DNA of 64,000 bases from Chitinivibrionales bacterium (lineage in GTDB: Bacteria; Fibrobacterota; Chitinivibrionia; Chitinivibrionales; WJKA01), in assembly GCA_038247415.1 (NCBI GenBank), contig JBBRUX010000021.1, positions 3,207-67,206 on the forward strand, written 5' to 3'. A program made the position numbers and the translations under genes. Below, piece after piece: positions 37,210-48,300 of this stretch (its first letter is position 1; every line of letters starts with the position of its first letter). Under the pieces are notes generated by a model. It worked only from the letters and a program-made list of their open reading frames with translations, searched no databases and had not been told where the DNA came from.

Positions 37210-37715
37210 CTTTTCGTACCGATGTTGTGCCCTACGACTCTAAAAATGTTAAGGCTCTTGTAGCATCCACGGGAGTTTTTCACGACTACGAAATAGACGT
37301 TGCCCAAGAACTTGTTGACGCCAGGCTTGAGCAGGGTATCGCAAGTGGCTATTTTTTTATTTTTGCGGAACGCGAAGGCGCTCTGGTCGGCTATTCTTGT
37401 TTCGGCCCCATAGCCTGTACTCGCGCGCGATTCGATTTATACTGGATTGCTGTTCATAAAGCATCGCAGCATTCTGGTATTGGTAAATTAATTCACGAAG
37501 AAACAGAACGCGCAATCGCATCTGCACAGGGTGAGCGACTTTACGCAGAAACGTCCTCCACGCTTCATTATACGCCAACACGGCGGTTTTACGAATCAGT
37601 AGGATATTCTCTTGTAGCTCAGATCGCAGATTTTTATGATAACGGGGATGACAAATGCATTTTTGAAAAGAAAATTGTAACCCAGTATAGTTCTTACGTT
37701 GATGAATTCTTTTAA
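37203..37715 (+). CDS. GNAT-family N-acetyltransferase
   Basis: The ATG at 37203 overlaps the upstream stop by 7 nt. The acetyl-CoA-binding segment is LYWIAVHKASQHSGIGKLIHEETERAI, followed by TRRFYESVGY. Confidence 0.8.
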   Translation: MVTFRTDVVPYDSKNVKALVASTGVFHDYEIDVAQELVDARLEQGIASGYFFIFAEREGALVGYSCFGPIACTRARFDLYWIAVHKASQHSGIGKLIHEETERAIASAQGERLYAETSSTLHYTPTRRFYESVGYSLVAQIADFYDNGDDKCIFEKKIVTQYSSYVDEFF

Positions 37716-37746
37716 CACGCATTTATTTAACCGGGAGTGATATTCT

Positions 37747-39930
37747 ATGCGATATTTCTTTTTTTGTGTACTTGCACTCGCCAGCCTCCACTTTATACCA
37801 TCGCTTGCTTTTGCAGAAAGCACTTCTGATTGTACCCAAAAACCTATTGCATCTGGGTATGGTGCCGATGGCAGATTTACCGTGAAGCTCGATAGCATTA
37901 TGCTCAAAGGGGAAGGAAACGATCGCGTGTATTTCTTTCGGCCTGATACAGCGGGCCAATTTCCTTGTATCTTTTTTTGTCATCGCTATGGAGATATTTC
38001 ATATGAAGAATACTCTCACCTTATCAATCATCTGGTAAGCCGAGGAAATTGTGTTATCTATTCGCCCGCACGCACAATAGATTTCACCGAAAAACAAATT
38101 CGCAGCACCGCAATTCCCTACACAGGGATCGTTGATGCTGTCAATTATTTTAAGACATATCTCGATACAACACTTATTGGGTGTATTGGTCACAGCTTTG
38201 GCGCCGGTGCAGCCCCTGCAATTGTTTACAACTATCTTACCGAAAAGCATTGGGGCACTCGTGGTTCCTATCTTTACCTCATGTCTCCTTGGTACGCCTA
38301 CGGTAACGACATACGCAAACTGAGGGCATTTCCTTCACAAACTTCTCTTGTTGTGCAAATTTTCGATCAGGATCGGATCAATGATCCACGCATTGGTCTT
38401 GACATTTTCAATTCTATTGATATCCCATTGCAGCGCAAAAAATTTCTTATTGTGCGCTCAGATAAAAGAGGGGATTGTCAACTGAGGGCAGACAACTTTA
38501 CTCCGTTTAGTAATAATGCCATACTGGGAGAAGAAAACAGTTTAGATTATTATGGGATTTTTAGGATTGTCGACGGCTTAGCAAACTATGCCTTTTACAA
38601 GGACACGAGCGGATACTCAATTGCCCTGGGCGGTAGTGGCGCGCGCGATATCACGATGGGACAATGGCCCGATGGTATCGGCATAAGGACAATGCTTGCT
38701 CTGGATTCACCTTCCGTTTATTTTCAAAATGGCCTTTTTGTAAACAATTGGGAAAGCTTACGCAATCCCCGCATCGATGCAACACGCTTTCGTCAGGCGA
38801 GAAAGGTTTTTGGGGGCTTTATTAAAAAAACTGCCAAACTCTATGCTACAACAATAAAAACTGCTCTCAAAGAGCCCCGCGTACAGGTCGCTAATCTCGA
38901 GTCTGAGGGTCTTGATATAATGCCTAATCCAATACTTCACGGATTCGGCGCGGACAGCAGCTTTGGCATGACGGTTGACAGCTTTCCACGACCGGATCTT
39001 CCTTTTCCTATTCAACAAAAAGGGTGGGTGTACGTTTTTCGTCCAAACGGCATTCACATCAAAACACCTGTTCTTTTCATGTTGCACGGCTATATCGGCC
39101 AAGATTACCAAAGTTTTCAACCGCTTATATCGCATATTGTCAGTAAGGGGATTTCGGTTGTATATCCTACATATCCGTTTTTGCCCAAATTTATAAATGA
39201 AAAAGGCGTTTTAGATAAATACGCTTATGTGTATGCTGGCCTCGATTCGGCACTTGTACGCTTTTCGAAAGGCTTTGATACTACCCGCATCGGTTTCTTT
39301 GGGCAATCGTTTGGCGGGGGCATGGTTCCTGCTGTAGCCTATAAAATGATTGTTACCAAGCACTGGGGAAGCATGGGATCCTTCATGTTTATGAGCGCCC
39401 CTTGGTATTCGTTTGATATCACACCCGAACAGCTTGCATCATTTCCGTCTAGCACCATGCTTCTTATGCAGGTCTATAACGACGACTGGATGAATGATCA
39501 TGAAATGGCAGTTGACATTTTCAATTCAATTGGTATTCCTCAAAGTCAAAAGGATTTTGTAACACTCTATACCGATTCTCTGGATGGTTACACAATGCTT
39601 GCTAATCACTTTTTGCCCTACGGTGTCAAGAATATGTATGGGCAGCTCAATTTACACGATTATTACGGCGTATTCAGATATTTCGATGCTCTTGCAGCCT
39701 ACTCGTGGTATGGTACAGAAAGCGGCAAATCTATCGCATTGGGCCATGGGAGTAAAAAGCAATGCTTCATGGGCACATGGCCAGATGGCAAACCTATTCG
39801 CCCTGCGTCGGTTTTATTGCAGCCAAAGGCACTTCATCCAGAATTGCAATATGTTTATTCTTGGGACAACAAACTCAATCCGCGACGCCTGGTATCTGCT
39901 CCCGTTGCGCAAGACTCTTTATCACACTAG
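37747..39930 (+). CDS. secreted tandem-duplicated alpha/beta-hydrolase (dienelactone hydrolase / chlorophyllase-like)
   Basis: The signal peptide is MRYFFFCVLALASLHFIPSLAFA. Two homologous halves each carry a GxSxG motif: CIGHSFGAGAAPAIVYNYLTEKHWGTRGSYLYLMSPWYAYG and FFGQSFGGGMVPAVAYKMIVTKHWGSMGSFMFMSAPWYSFD. Confidence 0.75.
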   Translation: MRYFFFCVLALASLHFIPSLAFAESTSDCTQKPIASGYGADGRFTVKLDSIMLKGEGNDRVYFFRPDTAGQFPCIFFCHRYGDISYEEYSHLINHLVSRGNCVIYSPARTIDFTEKQIRSTAIPYTGIVDAVNYFKTYLDTTLIGCIGHSFGAGAAPAIVYNYLTEKHWGTRGSYLYLMSPWYAYGNDIRKLRAFPSQTSLVVQIFDQDRINDPRIGLDIFNSIDIPLQRKKFLIVRSDKRGDCQLRADNFTPFSNNAILGEENSLDYYGIFRIVDGLANYAFYKDTSGYSIALGGSGARDITMGQWPDGIGIRTMLALDSPSVYFQNGLFVNNWESLRNPRIDATRFRQARKVFGGFIKKTAKLYATTIKTALKEPRVQVANLESEGLDIMPNPILHGFGADSSFGMTVDSFPRPDLPFPIQQKGWVYVFRPNGIHIKTPVLFMLHGYIGQDYQSFQPLISHIVSKGISVVYPTYPFLPKFINEKGVLDKYAYVYAGLDSALVRFSKGFDTTRIGFFGQSFGGGMVPAVAYKMIVTKHWGSMGSFMFMSAPWYSFDITPEQLASFPSSTMLLMQVYNDDWMNDHEMAVDIFNSIGIPQSQKDFVTLYTDSLDGYTMLANHFLPYGVKNMYGQLNLHDYYGVFRYFDALAAYSWYGTESGKSIALGHGSKKQCFMGTWPDGKPIRPASVLLQPKALHPELQYVYSWDNKLNPRRLVSAPVAQDSLSH

Positions 39931-39947
39931 CTTATCAGGAAACAACC

Positions 39948-40361
39948 ATGGGCACTCTCTCTTTTTGTCACGACTATGAACCGCTTTCCTATCCAGAATC
40001 GGACCTCATCAAAGTAGCCGCGTCAATCTTTAAAAAAGAGAACGTTAAAAAGTCGACTTCTATTACTGTGATCCTCTGTTCCGATTACACAATCCGCAAA
40101 CTCAATAAGCAGTTTCGGAAGAAAGACAAAGCCACCGATGTTCTCTCTTTCCCCATTACTTCCGATGATGGTTTTTTGGGGGAGATTTACATCTCGCTAC
40201 AACGGTGTGCAGTCCAAGCAAAAGACTATGGATGGAGCTACAACGAAGAAATTTCCCGGATGCTTGTTCACGGCATTTTTCACTTGCTTGGATACGACCA
40301 TCTAAAAAAAACCGAAAGAGCTGCCATGGAAGCCAAAGAACGCCTGTATTGCTCCTTTTAG
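39948..40361 (+). CDS. ybeY: rRNA maturation RNase YbeY
   Basis: The internal ATG at 39948 follows AGGA. Motifs are TDVLSFP and the zinc motif HGIFHLLGYDH. Confidence 0.9.
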   Translation: MGTLSFCHDYEPLSYPESDLIKVAASIFKKENVKKSTSITVILCSDYTIRKLNKQFRKKDKATDVLSFPITSDDGFLGEIYISLQRCAVQAKDYGWSYNEEISRMLVHGIFHLLGYDHLKKTERAAMEAKERLYCSF

Positions 40362-40477
40362 GCACAGTATGCTTACGCAAACAATCTAAATGCCATTCTG
40401 ATTTTGATTGCGATGTATTTTCCTTTTTTGGGTGATGTACTGGATACTTTACTTTTTTCTAGGGTCTTGGAGGATGT

Positions 40478-41767
40478 GTGAATTTGTACGCGCTTCAATT
40501 GATACTTCTATTTCTGTGTGTTGTAGGGTCCGCTTTTTTTTCTATAATTAAAATTGTTTTTATTACCTTTAGAGCCAATCAAGCAATTGTAGAAGACGAA
40601 CTCCCAGAAAAATCGATACTTGCCATAGAGGCAATCCTTAAAGACACCCTACGATTTGCTGCTACAATCTCTCTGGGAAAAAGTGCCTCAACTGTAGGAA
40701 CCGCAATTCTTGGAGTTGTTTTTTTAATGTCCCATGTTCCATCAAGAACCCCCACCCTCATATTCTTTTTTGTTATTATGCTTTTGGCTCTGGAAATATG
40801 TGCCTACACCATTCCCCATGCCCTTGCACTGCGGTACTACCGGGCCCTGGCACCCCTCTGCATTGCACTTTACAAGAGCATAAGTTGGCTCTTATTGCCT
40901 GTTGTCATTATTCTGAGTACGCTTTCCGCCATTATTTTATCTCTTGTTAAATACGATAAACGCTTAGCCTTTTTATCCGAAGAAGAAAAACAGAGAATTA
41001 GCAAAACCGAAGACGCCGAAACGCATCTCGACGAATCGGAAAAAGAAATGATCCATAGCATCTTTGAAATGAGCGAAACCATTGTCAAAGAGATTATGGT
41101 CCCCCGTATCAATGTAACAGGAATACCAATAACTGCCGATCTTAAAAACATTTTGGGTATTATCCGCTCGCAAGGCCATTCACGCATGCCGGTGTATAAA
41201 GATACGATAGATTCTATTGTTGGTATCCTGTATGCAAAAGATATTCTTGGGTGGCTTGCCGAAAACAAAGAGACTGCAACCTTTACCCTTAACACGGTGA
41301 TGAAAAAGCCACATTTTGTGCCAACAACTAAAAAGATCGACGAACTCATGCGTGAGTTCAAACACAAACATTTACATATTGCAATTGTTGTCGATGAATA
41401 TGGCGGGACCGCAGGGATGGTCACCATGGAAGACATTCTGGAAGAAATTGTAGGAGAAATCAACGATGAATACGATGTTGAAGAAGCAGAAATAGTAGAG
41501 GTGTCAGAGAATATCTACACCATCGATCCGCATATCGATCTCTCCGATCTTGAGGAAAAACTCTCTATCGACCTCGGGCTCAATACACCAGGATACACCA
41601 CACTCTCTGGTCTTATTTATCATGAATACGGAGATATTCCAACCGAAAATGGAATTCTTGACTTTCGCTCGATTCGCATTAAAGTTCTCAAGATGAATCA
41701 CCAGCGCATAGAGCGCGTTTCCGTTACTGTCCTCTCTCCCAAAAAATCGGACAACGATCCCGAATAG
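40478..41767 (+). CDS. hemolysin-family / CorC-type protein (DUF21-CBS-CBS-CorC_HlyC)
   Basis: GTG start. The protein has four N-terminal TM segments, a CBS pair (IMVPRINVTGI.., HIAIVVDEYGGTAGMVTMEDILEEIVGEI) and a C-terminal transporter-associated domain. Confidence 0.9.
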   Translation: MNLYALQLILLFLCVVGSAFFSIIKIVFITFRANQAIVEDELPEKSILAIEAILKDTLRFAATISLGKSASTVGTAILGVVFLMSHVPSRTPTLIFFFVIMLLALEICAYTIPHALALRYYRALAPLCIALYKSISWLLLPVVIILSTLSAIILSLVKYDKRLAFLSEEEKQRISKTEDAETHLDESEKEMIHSIFEMSETIVKEIMVPRINVTGIPITADLKNILGIIRSQGHSRMPVYKDTIDSIVGILYAKDILGWLAENKETATFTLNTVMKKPHFVPTTKKIDELMREFKHKHLHIAIVVDEYGGTAGMVTMEDILEEIVGEINDEYDVEEAEIVEVSENIYTIDPHIDLSDLEEKLSIDLGLNTPGYTTLSGLIYHEYGDIPTENGILDFRSIRIKVLKMNHQRIERVSVTVLSPKKSDNDPE

Positions 41768-41868
41768 CCACTAAGGAGGTTACTACGAATAAAATTGTTT
41801 TTGCAGGTCTTGTTGTAGCTACAAGCATTTCTCCTCTGGCGGCATTTACCGAAATAAGTATCGATTCG

Positions 41869-42318
41869 TTGCATGCGCGTATCGCTAATAGTGCCCCCAT
41901 GATAATGATTGACGTGCGAACAGCTTCTGAATATCAATCGGGCCATATTGCTAACACTTCATTGCACACGTGGGTAAGCCCAACAGTTTCCGACTGGCAA
42001 TCCCTGCCGTCTGGTACCGATATTGTTGTAATTTGTCAATCTGGAAACCGCGCAGGGGCGGCATCTGTTTTTTTAGATACTGCTGGTTCAAATAAATTTG
42101 CGGGGCATGTTCTGCGTATGACCGGAGGGATGACTTCCTGGTCTGCCAAGTATGCAGTTGTTGCACTTAAAGAAACTTTGGCGCGGGCGTCGGGCTCTTT
42201 TGCAGCTGCGCACGTGCAAACAAATACCTACGATCTCTCTGGCAAAGTATATCATGCACATCCAACATCTCGACGTACTCTTTTAACTTTTCAGAACAAG
42301 AAAATCATCAAGCACTAA
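41869..42318 (+). CDS. rhodanese-domain protein (true start probably upstream of the annotated TTG)
   Basis: The rhodanese domain reads MIDVRTASEYQSGHIAN..VVICQSGNRAGAA with the active-site loop CQSGNR. The in-frame upstream sequence encodes a signal-peptide-like KIVFAGLVVATSISPLAAF. Confidence 0.75.
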   Translation: MHARIANSAPMIMIDVRTASEYQSGHIANTSLHTWVSPTVSDWQSLPSGTDIVVICQSGNRAGAASVFLDTAGSNKFAGHVLRMTGGMTSWSAKYAVVALKETLARASGSFAAAHVQTNTYDLSGKVYHAHPTSRRTLLTFQNKKIIKH

Positions 42319-45300
42319 AATGTAAGTCGAACACTTCCTTTAAATGAGTGCTGTTCAGTTTTGGAACTTAAAAGTTCATCGTTATTATGTGTAAACGAAT
42401 ATGAAATCGTACTAACTACATTATCAGTAAAATCGTAACTTACATGCGGTGTGAGCGAAAAGTTGTTAGTATTACGCAATTCGGCCTTGCCCCCTTCTGG
42501 AATTGAATCAGTATAATTCTCCCAGCTATGTTTGTATTCCGCCTCTGCTCCCATAACCACGCGGCCCTTGATAGAGATTGTATATTTGAGCAGTTTAATA
42601 TCACGGGCAATTCCCGATTTTTCTATAGTATAAGCAGTACTCCATTTATTTCCTACTTCGGTTGCTTTAGAGCGGCGTGCAGTAGAAGCGACGAGAATAT
42701 CGGAATTAGATAGATTAATATCGTATGAGAGGGAGATTGGCAATGCTTTGATTATTGACGAAACGCCAACCAGCGGAGACCAACCGTTTCTAATCTCTTC
42801 ACCATACTGGTATTCTACTTTTAATATATTGTCCCGCCTAACCGACGTTGTATTCTTTTTAGAATAACTATACGACGAGCGAAGCGTTGGAGTTTCTAAA
42901 TTATCCTGTACCACCTTGAGCTGGCTTAGCATCCCACTGGATGCAGATATGCCTAATCGCGGAGACGTTATTGCGGTATCGAGTGAGCTGAGTGGATTTG
43001 CTGGAACAGTAAATGATTTTTCAAAGTCCAAACTTATTTCAGAAAATTGGATGTCAATTGGTTTTGGAAATGAGAGAGAGGCGGTAGACCATTTCCAATT
43101 TTGCGTGGTTGTACGTTTATCATTTGTTGCATTGGGCATAATCCCGCCGTTTGCAGCAAGTCGACTCTCTGTGCCGCCAAAACCGCGTGGATTATCCATT
43201 GTGCCTTTTATTCGACTTAAAAAAGGCCTACTTCCCATAAAACCTAAACTATAGCGCATAAGGCCAAAACCACCCCAGTTTTTGTCAATCATTTCGATAT
43301 CATCAACTGAATACAACCCATTGAGCAAACTTAACCTTCCTGTATAAGTCACTGATATCGACGAAAAATTAACTTGATCGAGCATTGCACCAAATTGCTT
43401 AAATGTTGTTGTTAAGAATGCGGATCGCTGTGTTGCCAAGGTTGCATCACGAACCCAATCTCGAATATTTACATTGCCAGAAAATCCAAACGAATTATCA
43501 AGCGCAAGCGTAAGCTTTGTTCCGGCAGCTTTGCGATCGGGAGTAGCTGTATAATTAGACGTATAATCGAAATTATTATCAAGCCATGAAATAAGTTTTG
43601 GATTAAACTTTAAGCTGGTATTTTGCGTGCGCGAATCTTCTCCCATAAAAAACCATAACGTTGACAAAGCTTCGTCCCGAGCAAAGAAAACATCTCGTGC
43701 GGATTGAGTTTGCGAAAGATACGGTGCAAGGTTTCGCGCAGAGTTTAGGGAATAATCTAGTGACAACAAAGGGGAAATAGGAGCCCAACCAAAGGTAAAA
43801 CCATGCCCAGCCGAAAAACTTCTAGAATCGTCGTAAATCGGGGTACTTTCGAAATGCTTTTGGGCAACACTCCAGTTTATTGTTGCAATAGTAAGCGAAA
43901 AGCGGGAGGGCAAAAGCATTACCTCGTACCTTTTAAAATCTTCTGGAAGCCACGCGAGCGTGTCTGTATCCATAAAACCAAAAGGCCGCCATTTGGCCCA
44001 CTCTGGCTGATTACGTGGTGTTAAATCGTAGGTAAGGCCACCGCCATACGAGGTGTTTCGCGTGGTATCAACATAATCTCCAAAACCGCTTGGTTTAGAA
44101 CCCTGCGATGCTTTTGTTTCATTAAACTGGTAGGTTACATTTTCTATACCAACACGTTCTGTTAATAAATTAATAAAGATGTTATCTGAAGAAGATTTGT
44201 GATAACTTGTTGAAAGTGATGTTGTAGCAGTTGACGTTTGATAATGACGAGAGCGAGACTCTGCGAGAGAACCAAATCTGTTTGGCACCACATTCTGGAC
44301 CAGATCATGATACATGTCCCCTAAATTGTCTGGTTCCCCCGGAGATTTTGTGAGAGTAATATCCGTTCCTGGGCGAAGTTGCGGTCTATCGAGGGTACTG
44401 GTTACTGCAGCTGCAACGGGAATTGACACTTTCCACTCGTCGGGTAAAAACTTATCAAATTTAAGGCTCCCGTCCATTCCCACCGTAACACGAGAATTAT
44501 TACGAGATCGTGCATCATCGGTCATGGTTCTAAAGTTGCCATCTCGATAATCCATAGAACCTCGCAAAGACACAAAGTCTGCCCACTGGGTAGAAATAGA
44601 TGCAATTGCAGCGGTACCAGAAATCGATTTAAGTCCCGAAGCTTTTAATTCATCTACCCATATTTCTCCGGACGAAACGGCATTGCCATACCCCAAGCGA
44701 GACACTCCAACCGTCAGTTGACGAATAGACGAAAAGCTGGGAACTCCCTTATTGCGAGAATAAATGCGTAAGGTATCCCCAGGTTTAGGACTATATGCTT
44801 TATTGATCGATAAGAATGCAGGATATTGCTCGAAATAGCGCAGTTTTTGAGAAGCTAGCTCTGCAAGGTCAATTTCAATAGGATGGCTCCACGGGGAGTC
44901 ATAGTTCCAACCTGTTCGTATAGGAGTTTTGTACTCATAATAAGTCGAATCGTTTGTTCCAAACCTTAAAACCAAATAAAGAGAATCGTTGGGAACAAGT
45001 GTCTTTCCATGAACAAGCATGGTAATTTTATCGTAGGGAGATATATCGATATTGCCATAGGTTAGAATTTTTCTGGCTACCACGCTTTTGTTTTGTTCAA
45101 CATTGGTATAGCTAATAAGCAGTGATTGTTCTTTGGTTAGAATATTATTGGCATCTCGCGTTCTAATCAGGTACGGTTCTGTAGGCGCAACATAAATGCT
45201 CTTGTCATCTTCGGTATTTACTACTGAGACATTTACAAGGTTATTTGTTCCTCTTAAATCGGGGGCACTTTTATACCCGCTATCGGCAGAAAGTGCTTCC

Positions 45301-48300
45301 CATTGACTACCAACAAATTGCATGCGTATAAGTTGGAGACTACGAATACCAGAATTCTCTAAACCAAATTTTTTCCTACTCATTCGCACAAAGCCAATAC
45401 GTTCCCAAGAAGGGGTCCCATGAATCGTGTCAACTTTTGAGGTAACTTTATTGAGGGGGATTCTTATTAAATACCAGCCCTTTTCCTTTCGCGCGCGAGA
45501 AGCGGTAACAACATAGTTGGCTGTATCGAGACTATCGAGATTAATTGTCATGCGATAATAATTATCGTTAATCCGCTTGAATCCATCCCCATTAATATCC
45601 TCGGTATTGGCATAAATAGCAGAAGCCGATGAATTTTCCGCATTTCCTTGTAAATGACAAACGTTAGCATACTCCTTATACCTGTAAGTAGATGTCAACG
45701 AGTAGGGTTTCCAATTGTCATTGCTTGGATCTGTCGGATCAGGCAACTTGGGGTCTCCATACAAAAGAGTATCATACCTTTTGCTCGGATCAGCTCCCGG
45801 GATTAAAAACGTTTCCTTTTTATCATCGAGGATATTATCGAGCCCGGTATTAAGGTCTGCTGTCATGATCCCATTTTGTGCAGTATCTTCTGTATTGAAT
45901 CTAACATTAGGCGCTGCTCCGGCAATGCAGATATCTTCGCTCACCATTCCCAAATCTACAAGAAGTTTTCCACGCGTACTTTCGTTTGGGTCAACTTTCA
46001 TATAAAATTCGAAAAATTTATCCTGGGTGCGATTTTCCGCCGATTTCGGAAGCCAGGTCATAATTGACGACCAAGAATTGTCATACCGGCTTTTAAATTC
46101 ATTATCAGGTGCAGGCTGAGTCTCCCAAAAAAGGGCCGACTCATATAAATTTGAAGCACTACTCCCAATCTTGTAAAGATTAGAAACCTCCTCTTTTGTT
46201 AAGCTATCCACATCTTCTTTACGCACTCTATGACTCTCATCGGTTCCATCGCCAGGTGCTTCGAACCAATATGTTTTCCAAGCAGGAGGATGATAATACA
46301 AGCTGTCCAATGGAACGGGGGGGCTCCCCATATACCACATTGTAGTAGTAGTAGGTAAGGTATACACAATCTTAGCAGATTCAAAATCATCGATATATGC
46401 TTCGCCATTCTTATTAGTTACCGCTTGAATGGGCGAGGTAATACTGTGAGCTGCTTCTATATCTATTTTTACCGAAGACGGTGATTCCGAATGAACAAGA
46501 GGGATTGCATTAACCGCCTTGGTCATCCATTCTGGCTCATAATCAATACTTGTATTTATGTCAAGTAGTAGCTTATTATACGGCTCCTGACCAACACGGG
46601 GAATTTTTTCTCCTGTAAGCGATGCATTTTGAAACAGGATTGATGCGCCTACCAAAGAATTTTTTCCTATGGTTGGTAGCTTAAGCTCGGCCCTTGATCC
46701 AATAAAAGTTTTATTATCGGGAACACCCGTTTCGCGCTGATAGGTGGTCACTATTTTTGGTGACGCTTTTGCCTGATTCGACAACAACTCTATAAATCCC
46801 GTTTCGGGAGTTATTCTATAGTCAACATCACGCACCAGATCAATGTTACCCGGAGATGTCCTTACCTTATCTGATCCTGAAATAATGGGAGAACTTAAAT
46901 TAAAGCTCGTTTTATTTGCTGCAGTAGAAAGCCCCTTCAAATGAAAAGAAAAGCGCTGTTCAAGGTTTGCAAAATCGGTAGATGATTTTTTTAAGGCGTA
47001 AATGGCGGGCGCTTGGGACCCTGCATCAAGCTCGGGATTTACAAAAGGCTGTGCACCATTCGTTCCATCAGAAAATGGAGGGATAATAAAATAACCCGAA
47101 TCGGGCCTACAAACAAAACCACCTATGGGTTGATTTTTGCTATCGGTAAGGCCCAAAAGCTGAGCAATATCTTTTCCCTTTTCGGTAGTCCTGCGCCCAT
47201 CAAGCTGTCCGGGCAAAGGCAATTGATACACCTCTAGCGAAAAGCTCCCGGAATAACTCTGCATTTGATATACGTTTTTCCACATTAGTTTATAGCCAGG
47301 CGCGGTTGTATCATTATTAGGCTTGGTAATAAACCATAGTCCTGTGGTTGTGTCACCTTGTGTAAGAACGACGGCTTTAGTAGCGGCTTCTGTAATAGTA
47401 AACGTGAGTCCAACCTCATCTTGTTCAGTAATATTAGTTTTAAAGCTAATATAGCCTCGTTGACGATCAAGACTATAATCGGCATCGGGAACCAATTTGC
47501 GGTATTTAGTCCCATTTATTGTTTTGCGTACAATATCTGCTGTCTGCACAGTACCATTATCAATAATCCAGGCACTAAAACTGGTTATTTGTTTACTTGC
47601 AGGTACTGGAATATTTCCCGCGCGATACACCTGATAATTTTTAAGGTAATAATTTTGATACATAGTATCTAAAAAGTAAAATTTATACGGCCAATACGAT
47701 TTTTCTGATGTGCTTGTATCAACGTTAGACGATGCCGATTGCGCAAGTGAAACAGAATCGGCTGCGGATTGTGCTTGCATATGACTAATAATAGTATTTA
47801 CCGTAACTGGCCCAAATTTAGATTTTACCGATAAGCCAAACAAACCTTGTTGACTTTCGCTATATCCCGATAATTTTGTTGACGGAAGCTCAAAACGAGT
47901 ATACCCCGCAGTCACTTCCTGAATGATATCGTCTTCGAGTTCGTTTCCCTCTCCTTTGTATTCGAGCTTAATATCTTTAAGGGGGTTTGTAAAAGCAAAA
48001 TCCTCGGCGTTGCTTGTTTTAAGCGTCACGTTAATGAGGCGCCCAACACTGCCCGTTACCGAAAGTTCATATTTATTATCGAAATCAGGATTTTTATTTA
48101 TCACTGGCTCCGCCTTACCAATTGTACGCTTCGAGACATCCCCACCAAAGATCACTTCTTCAAAACCATGGATTGCAAGCTTTGGCGGATCTTTCCCCAG
48201 GATTCTTTTTGCCCACGAAGGATATTGTACTGGTAATTCGAGGTCCAGTGAAAAACTACGCCCCTTATTAGCAGTACCTGCTGATTTAGGCGTTGCATTT

